Notes under the pieces: generated by a model
Database searches by the model: none
Told to the model about the DNA's origin: nothing
Seen by the model: only the letters and a program-made list of their open reading frames with translations
In this document: positions 10,131 through 20,595 of the stretch, piece after piece
How the letters are laid out: each line of letters opens with the position of its first letter
How positions within the stretch are numbered: position 1 is the first letter of the stretch
Source: Candidatus Sumerlaeaceae bacterium
Lineage (GTDB): Bacteria; Sumerlaeota; Sumerlaeia; Sumerlaeales; Sumerlaeaceae
DNA: 64,000 bases
Assembly: GCA_051003195.1 (NCBI GenBank)
Contig: JBPCLP010000058.1
Coordinates: 1 to 64,000 of the forward strand
Reading direction: 5' to 3'
Program-made: the position numbers and the translations under genes

Positions 10131-11291
10131 ATGGGTGAATGGATTGGGCATGGCCGCAAGGCGCGGCGCGCCTATGGCTTTGATGAAATTGCGATTGTAC
10201 CTGGCGCCGTCACGATCAACCCGGCAGAAGTGGATATCCATTGGGAGCTGGCTGGTGTTCGCCACGAGTTGCCGATCATCGCAGCCGCAATGGATGGGGT
10301 GGTGGATCCAGATTTTGCGATCGCCATGGGCAAAATGGGTGGCCTCGCGGTCCTAAATCTCGAGGGCGTGTGGTTCCGCTACGATGATCCAACGAACATA
10401 CTTAAAGAAATCAGCGAGGCTACGGCCGAGCGCGCAACCGAACTCGTTCAGCAGCTCTATCTGCCACCCGTTCGCGAAGACCTGATCTCCCGGCGGGTTG
10501 AGCAGATCAAAAAAGCGGGCGTCCCGGTCATTGTCAGTTCCATCCCGCAAAAAGCCGATCGCAGCGCGGATCTCTGCCAGGAAGCCGGATGTGACATTTT
10601 TGTCATTCAGAGTACTGTCAGTACCGTGCGCCATGTTTCCAGCGAGTACAAGATGCTCGACATCACAGCTCTGTGCAAGCGGTCGAAAATGGCCGTCATG
10701 GTCGGCAATTGTGTAAGCTACGAAACAGCACTGGAGCTGATGCAGGCCGGTCCGCATGCAGTGATCATCGGGATCGGTCCGGGGGCAGCCTGCACCAGCC
10801 GTGGTGTGCTGGGCATCGGCGTTCCGCAAGTCACGGCAACCGTCGATGGCGCCGCTGCGCGCGATGAATTCTTTAAGCGCACTGGCAAATACGTGCCAAT
10901 CATTACAGACGGCGGGATGAATGTCGGTGGCGATATCTGCAAAGCTTTCGCCTCGGGCGCCGATGCAGTGATTGTCGGCAGCGCGTTCGCCAAAACAGCC
11001 GAAGCGCCTGGCCGCGGTTTCCACTGGGGTATGGCTACGCCCCATGCAAATCTGCCCCGCGGCACCCGTATCCGCGTTGGCACGTCAGGAACTCTGGAAG
11101 AAATCCTGTTTGGGCCTGCACGCCTGGACGACGGCAGCCAGAACCTGGTCGGCGCATTGAAAACGTGCATGGGATCCGTTGGTGCAGCGACGATCAAAGA
11201 GCTTCAGCGCGTGGAACTTGTCATCGCCCCGGCGATCAAAACTGAAGGCAAAATCTTCCAGGCCGCCCAGAAAATCGGCATGGGAAAATGA
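10131..11291 (+). CDS. guaB: IMP dehydrogenase family protein (GuaB3 type, no CBS domains)
   Basis: RRAYGFDEIAIVP, AAAMDGVV, catalytic GIGPGAACTSR, ITDGG, HWGMA; lies upstream of guaA. Confidence 0.93.
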   Translation: MGEWIGHGRKARRAYGFDEIAIVPGAVTINPAEVDIHWELAGVRHELPIIAAAMDGVVDPDFAIAMGKMGGLAVLNLEGVWFRYDDPTNILKEISEATAERATELVQQLYLPPVREDLISRRVEQIKKAGVPVIVSSIPQKADRSADLCQEAGCDIFVIQSTVSTVRHVSSEYKMLDITALCKRSKMAVMVGNCVSYETALELMQAGPHAVIIGIGPGAACTSRGVLGIGVPQVTATVDGAAARDEFFKRTGKYVPIITDGGMNVGGDICKAFASGADAVIVGSAFAKTAEAPGRGFHWGMATPHANLPRGTRIRVGTSGTLEEILFGPARLDDGSQNLVGALKTCMGSVGAATIKELQRVELVIAPAIKTEGKIFQAAQKIGMGK

Positions 11292-11788
11292 CTTACGTGG
11301 AGAATTCAAAATTCAAAATTCAAAATGAAGCGCGAGCAGAAACTCTCCCGCCAACCCCACATCAACAGGATGCTGACGGCGCGGAAAGAAACATAATCCG
11401 AGACAAGAGTTTTAAGTTTGGCGTTGAGGTAATTCGCTTTGCTCGATCGTTGCGCGAAATCAGGGAATACGAGCTGGCGTCCCAATTTGTGCGTGCTGGT
11501 ACATCTGTTGGAGCGAATGTGGAAGAGTCGATTGCTGCTCAAAGTAAACGCGACTTCATGCACAAGTTGTCCATTGCGCTGAAGGAGGCGCGCGAAGCGC
11601 TCTACTGGATCCGATTGCTGATCCAAAGCGAGACTGGATCAAAGTTGCCACTCGAGAAGTTACGCGTCGACGCTCTCGAACTTGTGCGGATCCTGAGCAA
11701 AATTTTGATCACTTGTCAGCAGCGCTATGGTGAGGGCGCAAGAGAGACGTCCTCTGAGTATGGTTTGAATCTTAATGCAGAGCTATGA
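11288..11788 (+). CDS. four-helix-bundle protein (23S rRNA IVP / bAvd-like family)
   Basis: DKSFKFGVEVI, LASQFVRAGTSVGANVEES, QSKRDFMHKLSIALKEAREALYWIRLL; start overlaps the guaB stop (ATGA). Confidence 0.92.
   Translation: MTYVENSKFKIQNEARAETLPPTPHQQDADGAERNIIRDKSFKFGVEVIRFARSLREIREYELASQFVRAGTSVGANVEESIAAQSKRDFMHKLSIALKEAREALYWIRLLIQSETGSKLPLEKLRVDALELVRILSKILITCQQRYGEGARETSSEYGLNLNAEL
11303..11326 (+). repeat. tandem heptamer array (AATTCAA)x3
   Basis: AATTCAA at 11303, 11310 and 11317; translates as NSKFKIQN in the four-helix-bundle ORF. Confidence 0.9.
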
Positions 11789-11845
11789 AACCTGTACGTC
11801 GCAGTGCGCGCCGAACAACACTTTACGCCTGACAGGTTTCAAGAT

Positions 11846-11873
11846 TTAGAATTTAGAACTTTGAATTTAGAAT
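11846..11873 (+). repeat. tandem heptamer array TTAGAAT/TTAGAAC/TTTGAAT/TTAGAAT, inverted relative to the 11303 array
   Basis: Four imperfect heptamers just before the guaA ATG; TTTGAAT is the reverse complement of ATTCAAA. Confidence 0.85.
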
Positions 11874-11879
11874 TATAAT

Positions 11880-13412
11880 ATGATACTAATCTTAGACTTT
11901 GGTTCACAGTATTCGCAGCTGATCGCGCGCAAGGTGCGCTCATTTTCCGTGTTCTCGCAGATCGTGCCATTCAATACCCCGGTCAGAGAAATTAAAAAAC
12001 TAAAGCCGCACGGCATTATCCTGTCTGGCGGTCCTGCATCGGTTGCGGCAGAAGGTTCGCCGCAGGTTAAAAAACAGATTCTCGAGCTCGACGTCCCGAT
12101 TCTCGGCATCTGCTACGGCATGCAACTACTCGTGCAATTACTCGGCGGCGAAGTGAAACCTCAAAAGCACTGCGAGTATGGGCGCGCGAATATGAATCAT
12201 AATTCCGCGGACCCGCTGCTGCTGAAGGTGCCTAAAAAAGATATTGTGTGGATGAGCCATATGGATGCCGCCGTAAAACTTCCGGCAGATTGGAAAACAC
12301 TCGCCGGCACGGAAGGCTGCGATCAGGTTGCCGTAAGGCACAAAAAGCTTCCTCTCTACGGGCTGCAGTTTCACCCGGAGGTACACCATACCCGCAGCGG
12401 CGAGCTGATCCTGCGCAACTTCGTGTTCAACGTATGCCATGCACCCGCTGACTGGAAAATGGACGACTTTATCGAGCAGACCACTCGCGAGCTGCGCGCG
12501 ACGGTCGATGGATGTCCCGGCGCACGCGTGATTTGCGCAGTCTCAGGCGGAGTGGATTCAACGGTGCTTGCAGCGCTCCTGCATCGCGCAGTGGAGGATC
12601 GCTTTGTTCCGGTGTTCGTAGACAACGGGCTGCTGCGTGCAGATGAGGCCGAAGCCGTTGAACGCAATTTCCGTGAGCATCTTGGAATCGAACTCAAAGC
12701 AGTCGACGCACGAGATTTATTCCTCGATGCGCTGGCTGGCGTAAGTGATCCCGAGGAAAAACGCAAAATCATCGGTCGCCTCTTCCTTGAAGTTTTTCAC
12801 AAAACCATCAAGCCGGCGGACTTTCTCGCGCAGGGCACACTTTACCCCGATGTGATCGAGAGTGTGAACGTCAAGGGACCGAGTGACGTTATTAAAACAC
12901 ATCACAATCGCGTGCCCGAAGTGCTGGCCATGATGGAAAAGGGTTTGGTCATCGAGCCGCTGCGGGAATTGTTTAAAGATGAGGTGCGCGTGCTCGGCGC
13001 GCGAATTGGCATTCCCGATGAGATGCTCTGGCGCCAGCCATTTCCGGGTCCAGGTCTGGCAGTGCGAATTCTTGGGGACATCACGCGCGAGAGGCTTGAA
13101 GTACTTCGGCGTGCCGATAAGATCGTGCTCGACGAAGTAAAGGCCGCTGGTCTTTACCGGCAGCTTTGGCAAAGCTTTGCCGTGCTTCTGCCGGTGAAAG
13201 CGGTCGGCGTAATGGGAGATACCCGCACTTACGCAAACGTCATTGCATTGCGTGCAGTTGAAAGCGTGGACGCCATGACCGCCGATTTCGCAAAGCTGCC
13301 CTGGGATCTTCTCGCCCGGATTTCCACGCGCATCATAAATGAAGTCCAGGGCGTGAATCGCGTCGTGTACGACGTCAGCTCCAAACCGCCTGCGACAATC
13401 GAGTGGGAGTAG
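11880..13412 (+). CDS. guaA: GMP synthase (glutamine-hydrolysing)
   Basis: LDFGSQY, GICYGMQ, QFHPEV, SGGVDS, QGTLYPDVIES, SKPPATIEWE. Confidence 0.98.
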   Translation: MILILDFGSQYSQLIARKVRSFSVFSQIVPFNTPVREIKKLKPHGIILSGGPASVAAEGSPQVKKQILELDVPILGICYGMQLLVQLLGGEVKPQKHCEYGRANMNHNSADPLLLKVPKKDIVWMSHMDAAVKLPADWKTLAGTEGCDQVAVRHKKLPLYGLQFHPEVHHTRSGELILRNFVFNVCHAPADWKMDDFIEQTTRELRATVDGCPGARVICAVSGGVDSTVLAALLHRAVEDRFVPVFVDNGLLRADEAEAVERNFREHLGIELKAVDARDLFLDALAGVSDPEEKRKIIGRLFLEVFHKTIKPADFLAQGTLYPDVIESVNVKGPSDVIKTHHNRVPEVLAMMEKGLVIEPLRELFKDEVRVLGARIGIPDEMLWRQPFPGPGLAVRILGDITRERLEVLRRADKIVLDEVKAAGLYRQLWQSFAVLLPVKAVGVMGDTRTYANVIALRAVESVDAMTADFAKLPWDLLARISTRIINEVQGVNRVVYDVSSKPPATIEWE

Positions 13413-13477
13413 CGCCAGGGGCCTGATGGGCAGATCCGCGTCCGGGTAAGCTTCACGTTTATGTTAGCCGTAAGGAA

Positions 13478-13798
13478 TTACGAAAACCGGTGTTCGGATC
13501 TGCTACGCACTTTGCGAATCTCGCGCTCGATGATCAGCTCCGCAATCTGGGACGCTGTAGCTTCATGTGAAGGCAGCTGAAAAGTCGCGCTTACCAGCTC
13601 TTCGTCCACGTCCATCTGATACAGGCTCGACATCAGGCGCGAAAAGTCATCCTTCAGCAACTGCGAAACGCGATTCGTTACCAGCCGGTGCAGTGTCTCG
13701 GGTGTGACCGGCGCGAGATATTTTTCGTTCTGTTCCGTTTCCGCCAGAAACTCGAACTGCAGTATCTGCGTCGCCTTATCCAGGTACTGGGCTTCCAT
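13478..13798 (-). CDS. conserved hypothetical protein (106 aa)
   Basis: Compact helical ORF with a protein-like LMSSLYQMDVDE...IAELIIERE..KVRSR motif. Confidence 0.65.
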   Translation of the reverse strand: MEAQYLDKATQILQFEFLAETEQNEKYLAPVTPETLHRLVTNRVSQLLKDDFSRLMSSLYQMDVDEELVSATFQLPSHEATASQIAELIIEREIRKVRSRSEHRFS

Positions 13799-13850
13799 TG
13801 CCGTGAATTATGTAACGCGAAGCCGCGGGTCGGCACATGGAAATTTAATG

Positions 13851-13890
13851 AAAAAGTAAACCCGGCCAGCAGGGGGATGCTTGGCCGGGT
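13851..13890 (-). terminator. intrinsic terminator, minus strand
   Basis: Stem ACCCGGCC..GGCCGGGT (13860-13890) followed on the minus strand by TTACTTTTT. Confidence 0.7.
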
Positions 13891-14090
13891 CGTAATCTGT
13901 CCGCTGGCGGGAGGTGCTAATTAGCGGGCAGAAGCTTTTCGCCGTCTCTCTAAAAACGTCCTTATAACGGACCAGCCCGGACGGTAGCTTTCGCTTCCGG
14001 TCCGGACTGGTCGTTTGCCCACATCACTCAAGCGCAGAATGTATCGAAATTCGTGCCCGTTTCTATCGATGTGAAAGAACTTCGATAACC
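13851..14090 (-). ncRNA. candidate structured non-coding RNA of unknown family
   Basis: Four consecutive hairpins (14042-14087, 13970-14012 with a GAAA loop on minus, 13896-13932, terminator); no credible ORF. Confidence 0.4.
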
Positions 14091-14194
14091 CAGTCTATAT
14101 GAATCGTGTACATCAGGGAACAGGGTGTCGCTGCTTTTGCGATCGCAGCTATTCCGTGATAGAAATCTCGAATCGAGTCCAAGATCGAGACTCT

Positions 14195-14803
14195 CTACTT
14201 GCTGGTGAGAGCCTTCTCCATATCGCTTAAAAACTTCGCGTCATCCGGTTTTACCTTCGAGTCATAGTGAGCGATGATCTTCCCGTCACGTCCGACGAGC
14301 CACTTGTTAAAGTTCCAGCGGACCTCGGCTTTGCCAGGATGTTCACCTTCGGTCAGGTACTGATAGAGGGGCGCCTTGTCAGCTCCCGTGACTTTCACTT
14401 TTGCGAAGAGCGGAAATGTGACGTCGTACTTGGATCTACAGAATTGCACGATCTCCGCTTCCGACCCGGGCTCCTGCTGTTTGAAATCATTGCTGGGGAA
14501 ACCAAGCACCGCCAAGCCCTGGTCCTTATACTTACGGTGGAGGGCTTCGAGACCCTGGTACTGCGGAGTGAACCCGCATTTGCTGGCCACATTAACGATC
14601 AGCATCACATTTCCCTTATAAGGCTGAAGAGACGTGGCGCTACTTCCGCCATCGGCTTTCATGGGCTCAATGGGAATGTCGTAGATCGATTTGTAGGCCA
14701 TTGTCTTTGTGGTCGAGCTCTCCTGTGCTTTTGCGCCCGCGGCAGTGAAGCTCAGCAACCCTGCGAACACTGCCAGCTTGCGCCCGAGTCTCTGAAAAAT
14801 CAT
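14195..14803 (-). CDS. glutathione peroxidase family protein with signal peptide
   Basis: NVASKCGFTPQY, LGFPSNDF..QEPG, WNFNKWLV. Confidence 0.93.
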   Translation of the reverse strand: MIFQRLGRKLAVFAGLLSFTAAGAKAQESSTTKTMAYKSIYDIPIEPMKADGGSSATSLQPYKGNVMLIVNVASKCGFTPQYQGLEALHRKYKDQGLAVLGFPSNDFKQQEPGSEAEIVQFCRSKYDVTFPLFAKVKVTGADKAPLYQYLTEGEHPGKAEVRWNFNKWLVGRDGKIIAHYDSKVKPDDAKFLSDMEKALTSK

Positions 14804-14876
14804 TGTAGCTCCTTAGGTTCAGGTTATATTGGCTTGCACACCGCGCCCCACGAAACAGCGGATCAAGTTTTTGCTG

Positions 14877-14891
14877 GGGCACGCGCCTTGC
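14877..14891 (+). promoter_or_regulatory. possible sigma54 (-24/-12) promoter for treS
   Basis: GGGCAC-GCGCC-TTGC with correct GG-N10-GC spacing, about 45 nt upstream of the ATG. Confidence 0.45.
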
Positions 14892-14935
14892 CTGCAATTG
14901 CGGGTGCTCTGCTGACTGCTGCACACAGGTAGATT

Positions 14936-16618
14936 ATGAACTCCACATCGTCTAAGAACCCGGATCTTGGCGAACTTCCCAGCCATGATCCCTCTGGTAG
15001 CCATGACTGGTACAAAGATGCCATTTTTTATGAAGTCCATGTGCGCGCGTTCAACGACAGTAACAATGATGGGAAGGGCGACTTCAACGGGCTGACACAA
15101 AAACTCCCGTACATTCGGGACCTCGGGGCCAATTGCATCTGGCTGTTGCCCATGTATCCCTCGCCACTGCGCGACGACGGCTACGACATCGCTGACTTCT
15201 ATGCAATTCATCCGGACTATGGTACCATGGAAGATTTCGAACGATGCCTGAACGAGGCGCATCACCTTGGGCTTCGGGTGATCGCCGATCTCGTGATGAA
15301 CCATACCAGCTCCGAGTGCGCCTGGTTTCAGCAGGCACGCAAAGACCGCAACTCACCGTATCGGGACTACTACGTTTGGGGAGATGATCCCTCCCGATAT
15401 TCGGAGGCGCGCATCATTTTCTGCGACACGGAAGCCAGTAACTGGACCTACGACCCGGTTGCAGGTCAGCATTACTGGCACCGTTTCTTCAGCCACCAGC
15501 CGGACCTCAATTACGACAATCCAGCCGTCCACGAGGAGATGCTTCGCATCCTGGATTTCTGGATGGATAAAGGGTTGGACGGCTTCCGTGTCGATGCCGT
15601 GCCGTATCTGTACGAACGCGAGGGTACCAATTGCGAGAACCTCCCCGAAACGCACGTCTTCTGCCGCGAGCTGCGGAAGCACTTTGAATCGCGCTACCCC
15701 AATGGGCTGTTGCTGGCTGAGGCGAACCAGTGGCCGCAGGACGTCGTTGAGTACTTCGGCAAGGGCGACCAATTCCATATGTGCTTCAATTTCCCCCTGA
15801 TGCCACGCATGTTCATGGCCATCCGGCGTGAGGACAAGACACCCATCGTTGACATCATCAGCCAACTCCCGCCGATCCCACCCAATTGCCAGTGGGTTAC
15901 GTTTTTACGCAACCACGACGAACTGACACTTGAAATGGTGACCGACGACGATCGCGACTACATGTGGCGCGAGTACGCTGCCGATCCGAGAATGCGGCTC
16001 AACATGGGCATTCGGCGCAGGCTTTTCCCCTTGATGGAGAACGATCGGCGCCAGGTGGAGCTACTCCACAGTTTACTGTTCACGCTGCCTGGAAGCCCGA
16101 TTCTATATTATGGCGACGAGATCGGGATGGGCGACAACATCTACCTTGGCGATCGCAACGGCGTTCGCACGCCCATGCAGTGGAGCAGCGAGCGCAACGC
16201 GGGCTTCAGTCGCGCAATGCCAAGTCGCCTGTACAGCCCCGTGATCATCGATCCGCTCTATAGCTACGAGGCTGTTAATGTCGAATCCGCCAGCCATCGC
16301 GCATCGTTCCTCAACTGGCTGCGCCATCTCATCCAGATCCGGCAAAGCCATAAGGCTTTCTCTCGCGGAAGGGTTCAGTTCCTCGACGACGGTAATCCGA
16401 AGGTGCTCAGCTACCTCTGTACTTACAAAGAGGATGTCGCGCTCGTGATCAACAACCTCTCACGCTATAGCCAGTTTATACAGGTCGATGTGAAGGAATA
16501 CGAGGGATACACGCCGATCGATCTTTTTGGCGGGACGGTGTTCCCCAAACTGCAAAAGGATCGGTATTTCATCACCGTCGGCCCACACCAGTTCTACTGG
16601 TTCCGACTGCAGAAGTAA
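14936..16618 (+). CDS. treS: trehalose synthase / maltose alpha-D-glucosyltransferase (GH13)
   Basis: [58 protein letters not shown]. Confidence 0.96.
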   Translation: MNSTSSKNPDLGELPSHDPSGSHDWYKDAIFYEVHVRAFNDSNNDGKGDFNGLTQKLPYIRDLGANCIWLLPMYPSPLRDDGYDIADFYAIHPDYGTMEDFERCLNEAHHLGLRVIADLVMNHTSSECAWFQQARKDRNSPYRDYYVWGDDPSRYSEARIIFCDTEASNWTYDPVAGQHYWHRFFSHQPDLNYDNPAVHEEMLRILDFWMDKGLDGFRVDAVPYLYEREGTNCENLPETHVFCRELRKHFESRYPNGLLLAEANQWPQDVVEYFGKGDQFHMCFNFPLMPRMFMAIRREDKTPIVDIISQLPPIPPNCQWVTFLRNHDELTLEMVTDDDRDYMWREYAADPRMRLNMGIRRRLFPLMENDRRQVELLHSLLFTLPGSPILYYGDEIGMGDNIYLGDRNGVRTPMQWSSERNAGFSRAMPSRLYSPVIIDPLYSYEAVNVESASHRASFLNWLRHLIQIRQSHKAFSRGRVQFLDDGNPKVLSYLCTYKEDVALVINNLSRYSQFIQVDVKEYEGYTPIDLFGGTVFPKLQKDRYFITVGPHQFYWFRLQK

Positions 16619-16648
16619 CTGGATTCAGCCATGAAGATGAGCGCCTGA

Positions 16649-17047
16649 TTGATAATGCGCCTGCAATTTGAGTTCCGCTCGGAGAAATTTCCAAAGTTAC
16701 CCGGCGAAGAACAGCGTATTAACCCGGGACTTTGGGGGCAGAAGCTGGCGGAATACCTGAAGGAAAATTTACGGCGACGTGGCTTCCATGCGCTGCAAAT
16801 CGTAGCAGAGGATTGGGGCTACATCGTCCCGATTCAGAATGAGGAGTTCGAACTCTGGGTCGGTTGCGGTCACCAGGCCGGCGATCCAGACGAGTTTCTC
16901 TGTTTCATCGAACCCCAGAGCCCCGTAATTCGCCGCTGGTTCCGGAAGATCGATACAACAGCCGTAGTAAGCAGGTTATCCGCGGCGTTGGAAGAAATCT
17001 TATCCACGGATCCCGACATCTGGTATCGGCCATCCGCCAATTCTTAA
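16649..17047 (+). CDS. hypothetical protein
   Basis: 132-aa ORF with a protein-like NPG..G..LAEYL and EDWGY motif; start may be the ATG two codons in. Confidence 0.6.
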   Translation: MIMRLQFEFRSEKFPKLPGEEQRINPGLWGQKLAEYLKENLRRRGFHALQIVAEDWGYIVPIQNEEFELWVGCGHQAGDPDEFLCFIEPQSPVIRRWFRKIDTTAVVSRLSAALEEILSTDPDIWYRPSANS

Positions 17048-17082
17048 AATTAGCTTCTGTGCGTTGGCAATGATCGCGTCTC

Positions 17083-17111
17083 AATAAATAAACCCGCCCT
17101 TTCGAGCGGGT
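17083..17111 (-). terminator. intrinsic terminator, minus strand
   Basis: ACCCGC/GCGGGT stem followed on minus by TTATTTATT, just downstream of the 17139-17513 gene. Confidence 0.55.
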
Positions 17112-17138
17112 CAGAAAAATTCAAATCAGGGGATTCTA

Positions 17139-17513
17139 TCAGTGCCAGAGCAAGTAACCGAGCCCCACTCCCAGCAATCCAGCAGTGAAAACGGGATTGC
17201 TGCCAAAGAGACCGCCGCCGCCGCCACCACAGCATGGCGAGCATGCGCCGCCGTATGCATTTCCGCCACCGCCAGCACCCCCGTAAGGCATGGTGCCGCA
17301 TGGGCTCATTGACGCACCATAGTACGCACCCATTGGGCGTGCATACGATGGAGGTGGAGCGTTGTTGCTGTATTGTGCGGGAGCCGCCTGGTAAGACGTG
17401 GTCCGGGTAGTGCGCTCGTACTCCTGGACTTCTCCACCTGCAAACGACGACGAGGGTGCTAACAAGGATAGCGCACCGGCAGCGAGCGCCGCAGCGGTCA
17501 ACTTCGTGTTCAT
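17139..17513 (-). CDS. small exported Gly/Cys-rich protein with C-terminal membrane anchor
   Basis: GGAGG ribosome-binding site, Sec signal (..SSSFA), Gly-rich segment with 4 Cys, terminal TM helix. Confidence 0.7.
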   Translation of the reverse strand: MNTKLTAAALAAGALSLLAPSSSFAGGEVQEYERTTRTTSYQAAPAQYSNNAPPPSYARPMGAYYGASMSPCGTMPYGGAGGGGNAYGGACSPCCGGGGGGLFGSNPVFTAGLLGVGLGYLLWH

Positions 17514-17794
17514 AGTTCAACCTCCAAAGTGAATCTGGGTCCCTCGCGCTACGGGCCGAGCGATAGCTAAAGCCGATGCAAGAAACGTGACAGCAATAGC
17601 AAGCAGAAGTGCACATAACCCAGCATAAAACATTGGGTTCCTTAAACTTCAACCGCCCTTGGCCCCGTCTATAGTTGCCTGGGGCGTTTCAGTTGCGCAG
17701 TTAAACTCTGAACGCCGGACCAGCAACTTGTCATTAGTTTAATTTCGACGAGTTCCTTGCAAAGCCGCATTCCATCCAGCTCTAACTTCAGCAC

Positions 17795-20524
17795 TTGGAG
17801 GTAAGCGAAATCTCTCCGTTTAAAGCGTTGCGCGACACAAAGCTGGCAGTTGGTCTTGGCGTGCTGTTCATCCTGTTCGTCGCTTTGGTTGCCATTAGTT
17901 TCCACACATTCAGGCGGCTGAACGAGGCAACCAACCGAGTCGTGCACACACAGCAAGTATTGCTGACCATCAAGGATACGCTTAATTCGATGGTCGACGC
18001 TGAAACGTATCAGCGCGGCTACATAGTCAGTGGAAAAGATCAGTTTATCGTGCTGTTCGAAGAAGCGGCTCAGCGTATAACCCGGACTCTCGGACGCCTG
18101 GAAACACTGTTCGAGGACAATCCCGCCCAGACGGAGCAACTGGCTCGGCTTCGGGAGTACTCAACAAAGCGGGTCGACCGCCTCAAGATGGTCATGGAAG
18201 TGCGGCGCGCGCGAGGCCTTGCAGTCGCTACGACTGAGATCGATACGATGGTTGGAAAGCGCATGATGGACGACGTGCGTCGCGTTATGTCAGAGATGGA
18301 ACGGGAAGAGAACCGGCTGCTTGCGGAGCGGCAGGCGACTGCGAAAGCAACTACATCGAATGCCAAGGCGGCTCTCAATGCTCTCACTTTCCTTACTCTA
18401 TGTCTTCTGGTGCTGGCTTATGTCTTTATTTCACGTCAGCGGGAATTCTTGAGGCAGAACCGGCAGGCGATTGCGAATGTGAATGCCCAGCTTCAAAGCG
18501 TCCTGAACGCAGCAACACAGGTGGGAATCATCGCAGTAGACGGCACGGGAACGATTACGCTGTTTAATACGGGTGCAGAGAAAATGCTGGGGTGGCGCGC
18601 AGACGAGTTGGTGGGGAAAGCCACGCCGGAAAAGTTTCATATAGCCGCCGAAATCGACGCGCACGCGGCACACCTTGCCGAGAGCACGGGGCAACAAGTT
18701 CAGGGCTTCGAGGCATTCGTATTGCGCGCAAAGAGGGGAGAATCCGAGGAGCGTGACTGGACGTTTGTCCGCAAGGACGGAAGCCGCCTCATCGGCTCGC
18801 TGGTAGTTACTCCGGTGCTCAACCCGGATGGAGAGATTTCGGGCTACCTCGGCCTTGTAAACGACGTGACGGAGAAACGCAAAGGCGATGACGAATTGCG
18901 CCGGCTGAACCGGGAGCTCGCCGCCGCACGCGACCAGGCGCTGGAAGCCAGCCGCCTCAAGAGCGCATTCCTTGCCAACATGAGCCACGAGCTGCGGACG
19001 CCGCTCAATGGTATTATTGGTTTCTCAGAAATCCTGATCCAGGAACCGATGGAGCGACTGAAAGATCACCTTAAGCCGTCGCTGGAAAAAATCCACCGTT
19101 CCGGCAAACACTTGCTCGCACTAATTAATGACATCCTGGACCTGTCCAAAATTGAAGCGGGCAAAATGACCCTTAGTTACGTTCGGGTGAACATCTGTCA
19201 GACGGTCGAAGAAATCGTGCATCAGCTTCGCGCCCATGTCGAAACAAATAGCAACCAGCTCCAGGTACATTGTCCGCCTGAAGTCGGGGAGATCGTTATT
19301 GATCCTGTTCGCTTGCGGCAGGTACTTTATAATTTGCTCAGTAACGCCGGGAAATTTACAGAGAAGGGAGTGGTGCGCTTCGACGTTACAACATCACATA
19401 AGGGCGCAGCGGAGCACGTCGTTTTCACCATTTCCGATACAGGCATCGGAATGACCGCAGAACAGGTGAACCGGCTGTTCCGCGACTTCATGCAGGCGGA
19501 TTCCTCGACAACTCGCAAGTACGGCGGCACCGGTCTTGGTTTGGCAATCAGCCGCCGCTATTGCCTGATGATGGGGGGCGATATTGAAGTTAAGAGCGAG
19601 CTCGGCCACGGTTCAACCTTTACCGTTTACCTGCCGCGGGAAGGAGCCGCATCAACAACCGCGTCTACGTCAGTACCATCTCTCAGCATGCTTTCCGAGA
19701 CGACTTCCTATGCGCGCAGGAGAAGTGCAGGCATGCATTTGCCAGGCACAAAAGGAACAGTGCTGGCGATCGATGATGATCCCGAGGTTCTTCTATTAAT
19801 CTCAACGCACCTTAACCAGGATGGACTTGAGGTCTACACGACCACCTCAGGCGAAGAAGGGCTGGTCCTGGCCGGGCGATTACAACCGGACCTTATTACC
19901 CTCGATGTAATGATGCCAAACCTGGATGGCTGGACGGTGCTCAACCAGCTGAAGACCGACACCTCGACCGCGGACATCCCGGTTATTATGATGACGATGC
20001 TTCAGGATCAGGAGATGGGCTATTCGCTGGGCGCATCGGATTACCTCATGAAACCAGTCGAGGCCGACAGGTTGCTTGCAATCGTTCGGCGCTATCGTGA
20101 GCCGGGATCGGCTGGTGGACTGGTTTTGATTGTGGAGGACGATATGGCCACACGCGAGGTCGTCAGGCACTTTCTTATACGCGACAACTGGTCTGTGGTG
20201 GAAGCTGAAAACGGCAAACAGGGACTCGCGGTTCTTTCTAAAGAGAAGCCTGACCTCGTGCTATTAGACCTGATGATGCCAGCCATGGATGGTTTCGAGT
20301 TCGTGCAGGCAATGCGCGATAACGCTGAATGGGCACCAATTCCCGTGATCGTGGTCACTGCCAAAGAACTGACTGCCGAGGATCGCTCGCGTCTTAACGG
20401 GCACGTTGAGAGCATTTTGCTGAAGGGTGTGCATTCACGGGAGGAAATCCTCGAAGAAGTGAAGAGAACGGCGTCAGCCGTGAAGCAGCAATCCGTACCC
20501 CGTGCAGCTCCAAGTGAGAGCTGA
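17795..20524 (+). CDS. hybrid sensor histidine kinase (CHASE3-PAS-HisKA-HATPase-REC-REC)
   Basis: [14 protein letters not shown]3 motif, PAS domain, [31 protein letters not shown], two receiver domains. Confidence 0.95.
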   Translation: MEVSEISPFKALRDTKLAVGLGVLFILFVALVAISFHTFRRLNEATNRVVHTQQVLLTIKDTLNSMVDAETYQRGYIVSGKDQFIVLFEEAAQRITRTLGRLETLFEDNPAQTEQLARLREYSTKRVDRLKMVMEVRRARGLAVATTEIDTMVGKRMMDDVRRVMSEMEREENRLLAERQATAKATTSNAKAALNALTFLTLCLLVLAYVFISRQREFLRQNRQAIANVNAQLQSVLNAATQVGIIAVDGTGTITLFNTGAEKMLGWRADELVGKATPEKFHIAAEIDAHAAHLAESTGQQVQGFEAFVLRAKRGESEERDWTFVRKDGSRLIGSLVVTPVLNPDGEISGYLGLVNDVTEKRKGDDELRRLNRELAAARDQALEASRLKSAFLANMSHELRTPLNGIIGFSEILIQEPMERLKDHLKPSLEKIHRSGKHLLALINDILDLSKIEAGKMTLSYVRVNICQTVEEIVHQLRAHVETNSNQLQVHCPPEVGEIVIDPVRLRQVLYNLLSNAGKFTEKGVVRFDVTTSHKGAAEHVVFTISDTGIGMTAEQVNRLFRDFMQADSSTTRKYGGTGLGLAISRRYCLMMGGDIEVKSELGHGSTFTVYLPREGAASTTASTSVPSLSMLSETTSYARRRSAGMHLPGTKGTVLAIDDDPEVLLLISTHLNQDGLEVYTTTSGEEGLVLAGRLQPDLITLDVMMPNLDGWTVLNQLKTDTSTADIPVIMMTMLQDQEMGYSLGASDYLMKPVEADRLLAIVRRYREPGSAGGLVLIVEDDMATREVVRHFLIRDNWSVVEAENGKQGLAVLSKEKPDLVLLDLMMPAMDGFEFVQAMRDNAEWAPIPVIVVTAKELTAEDRSRLNGHVESILLKGVHSREEILEEVKRTASAVKQQSVPRAAPSES

Positions 20525-20595
20525 TAAGAATTAATATTTCGCCCGAGTACAACGCGCCGGCGCGCGCCAGCACATACGGTGCACTGCGGTGGGTT

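Noticed and set aside
11288..11788. Diversity-generating retroelement suggested by the Avd-like protein
   Set aside because: No reverse transcriptase and no template/variable repeat pair in the window
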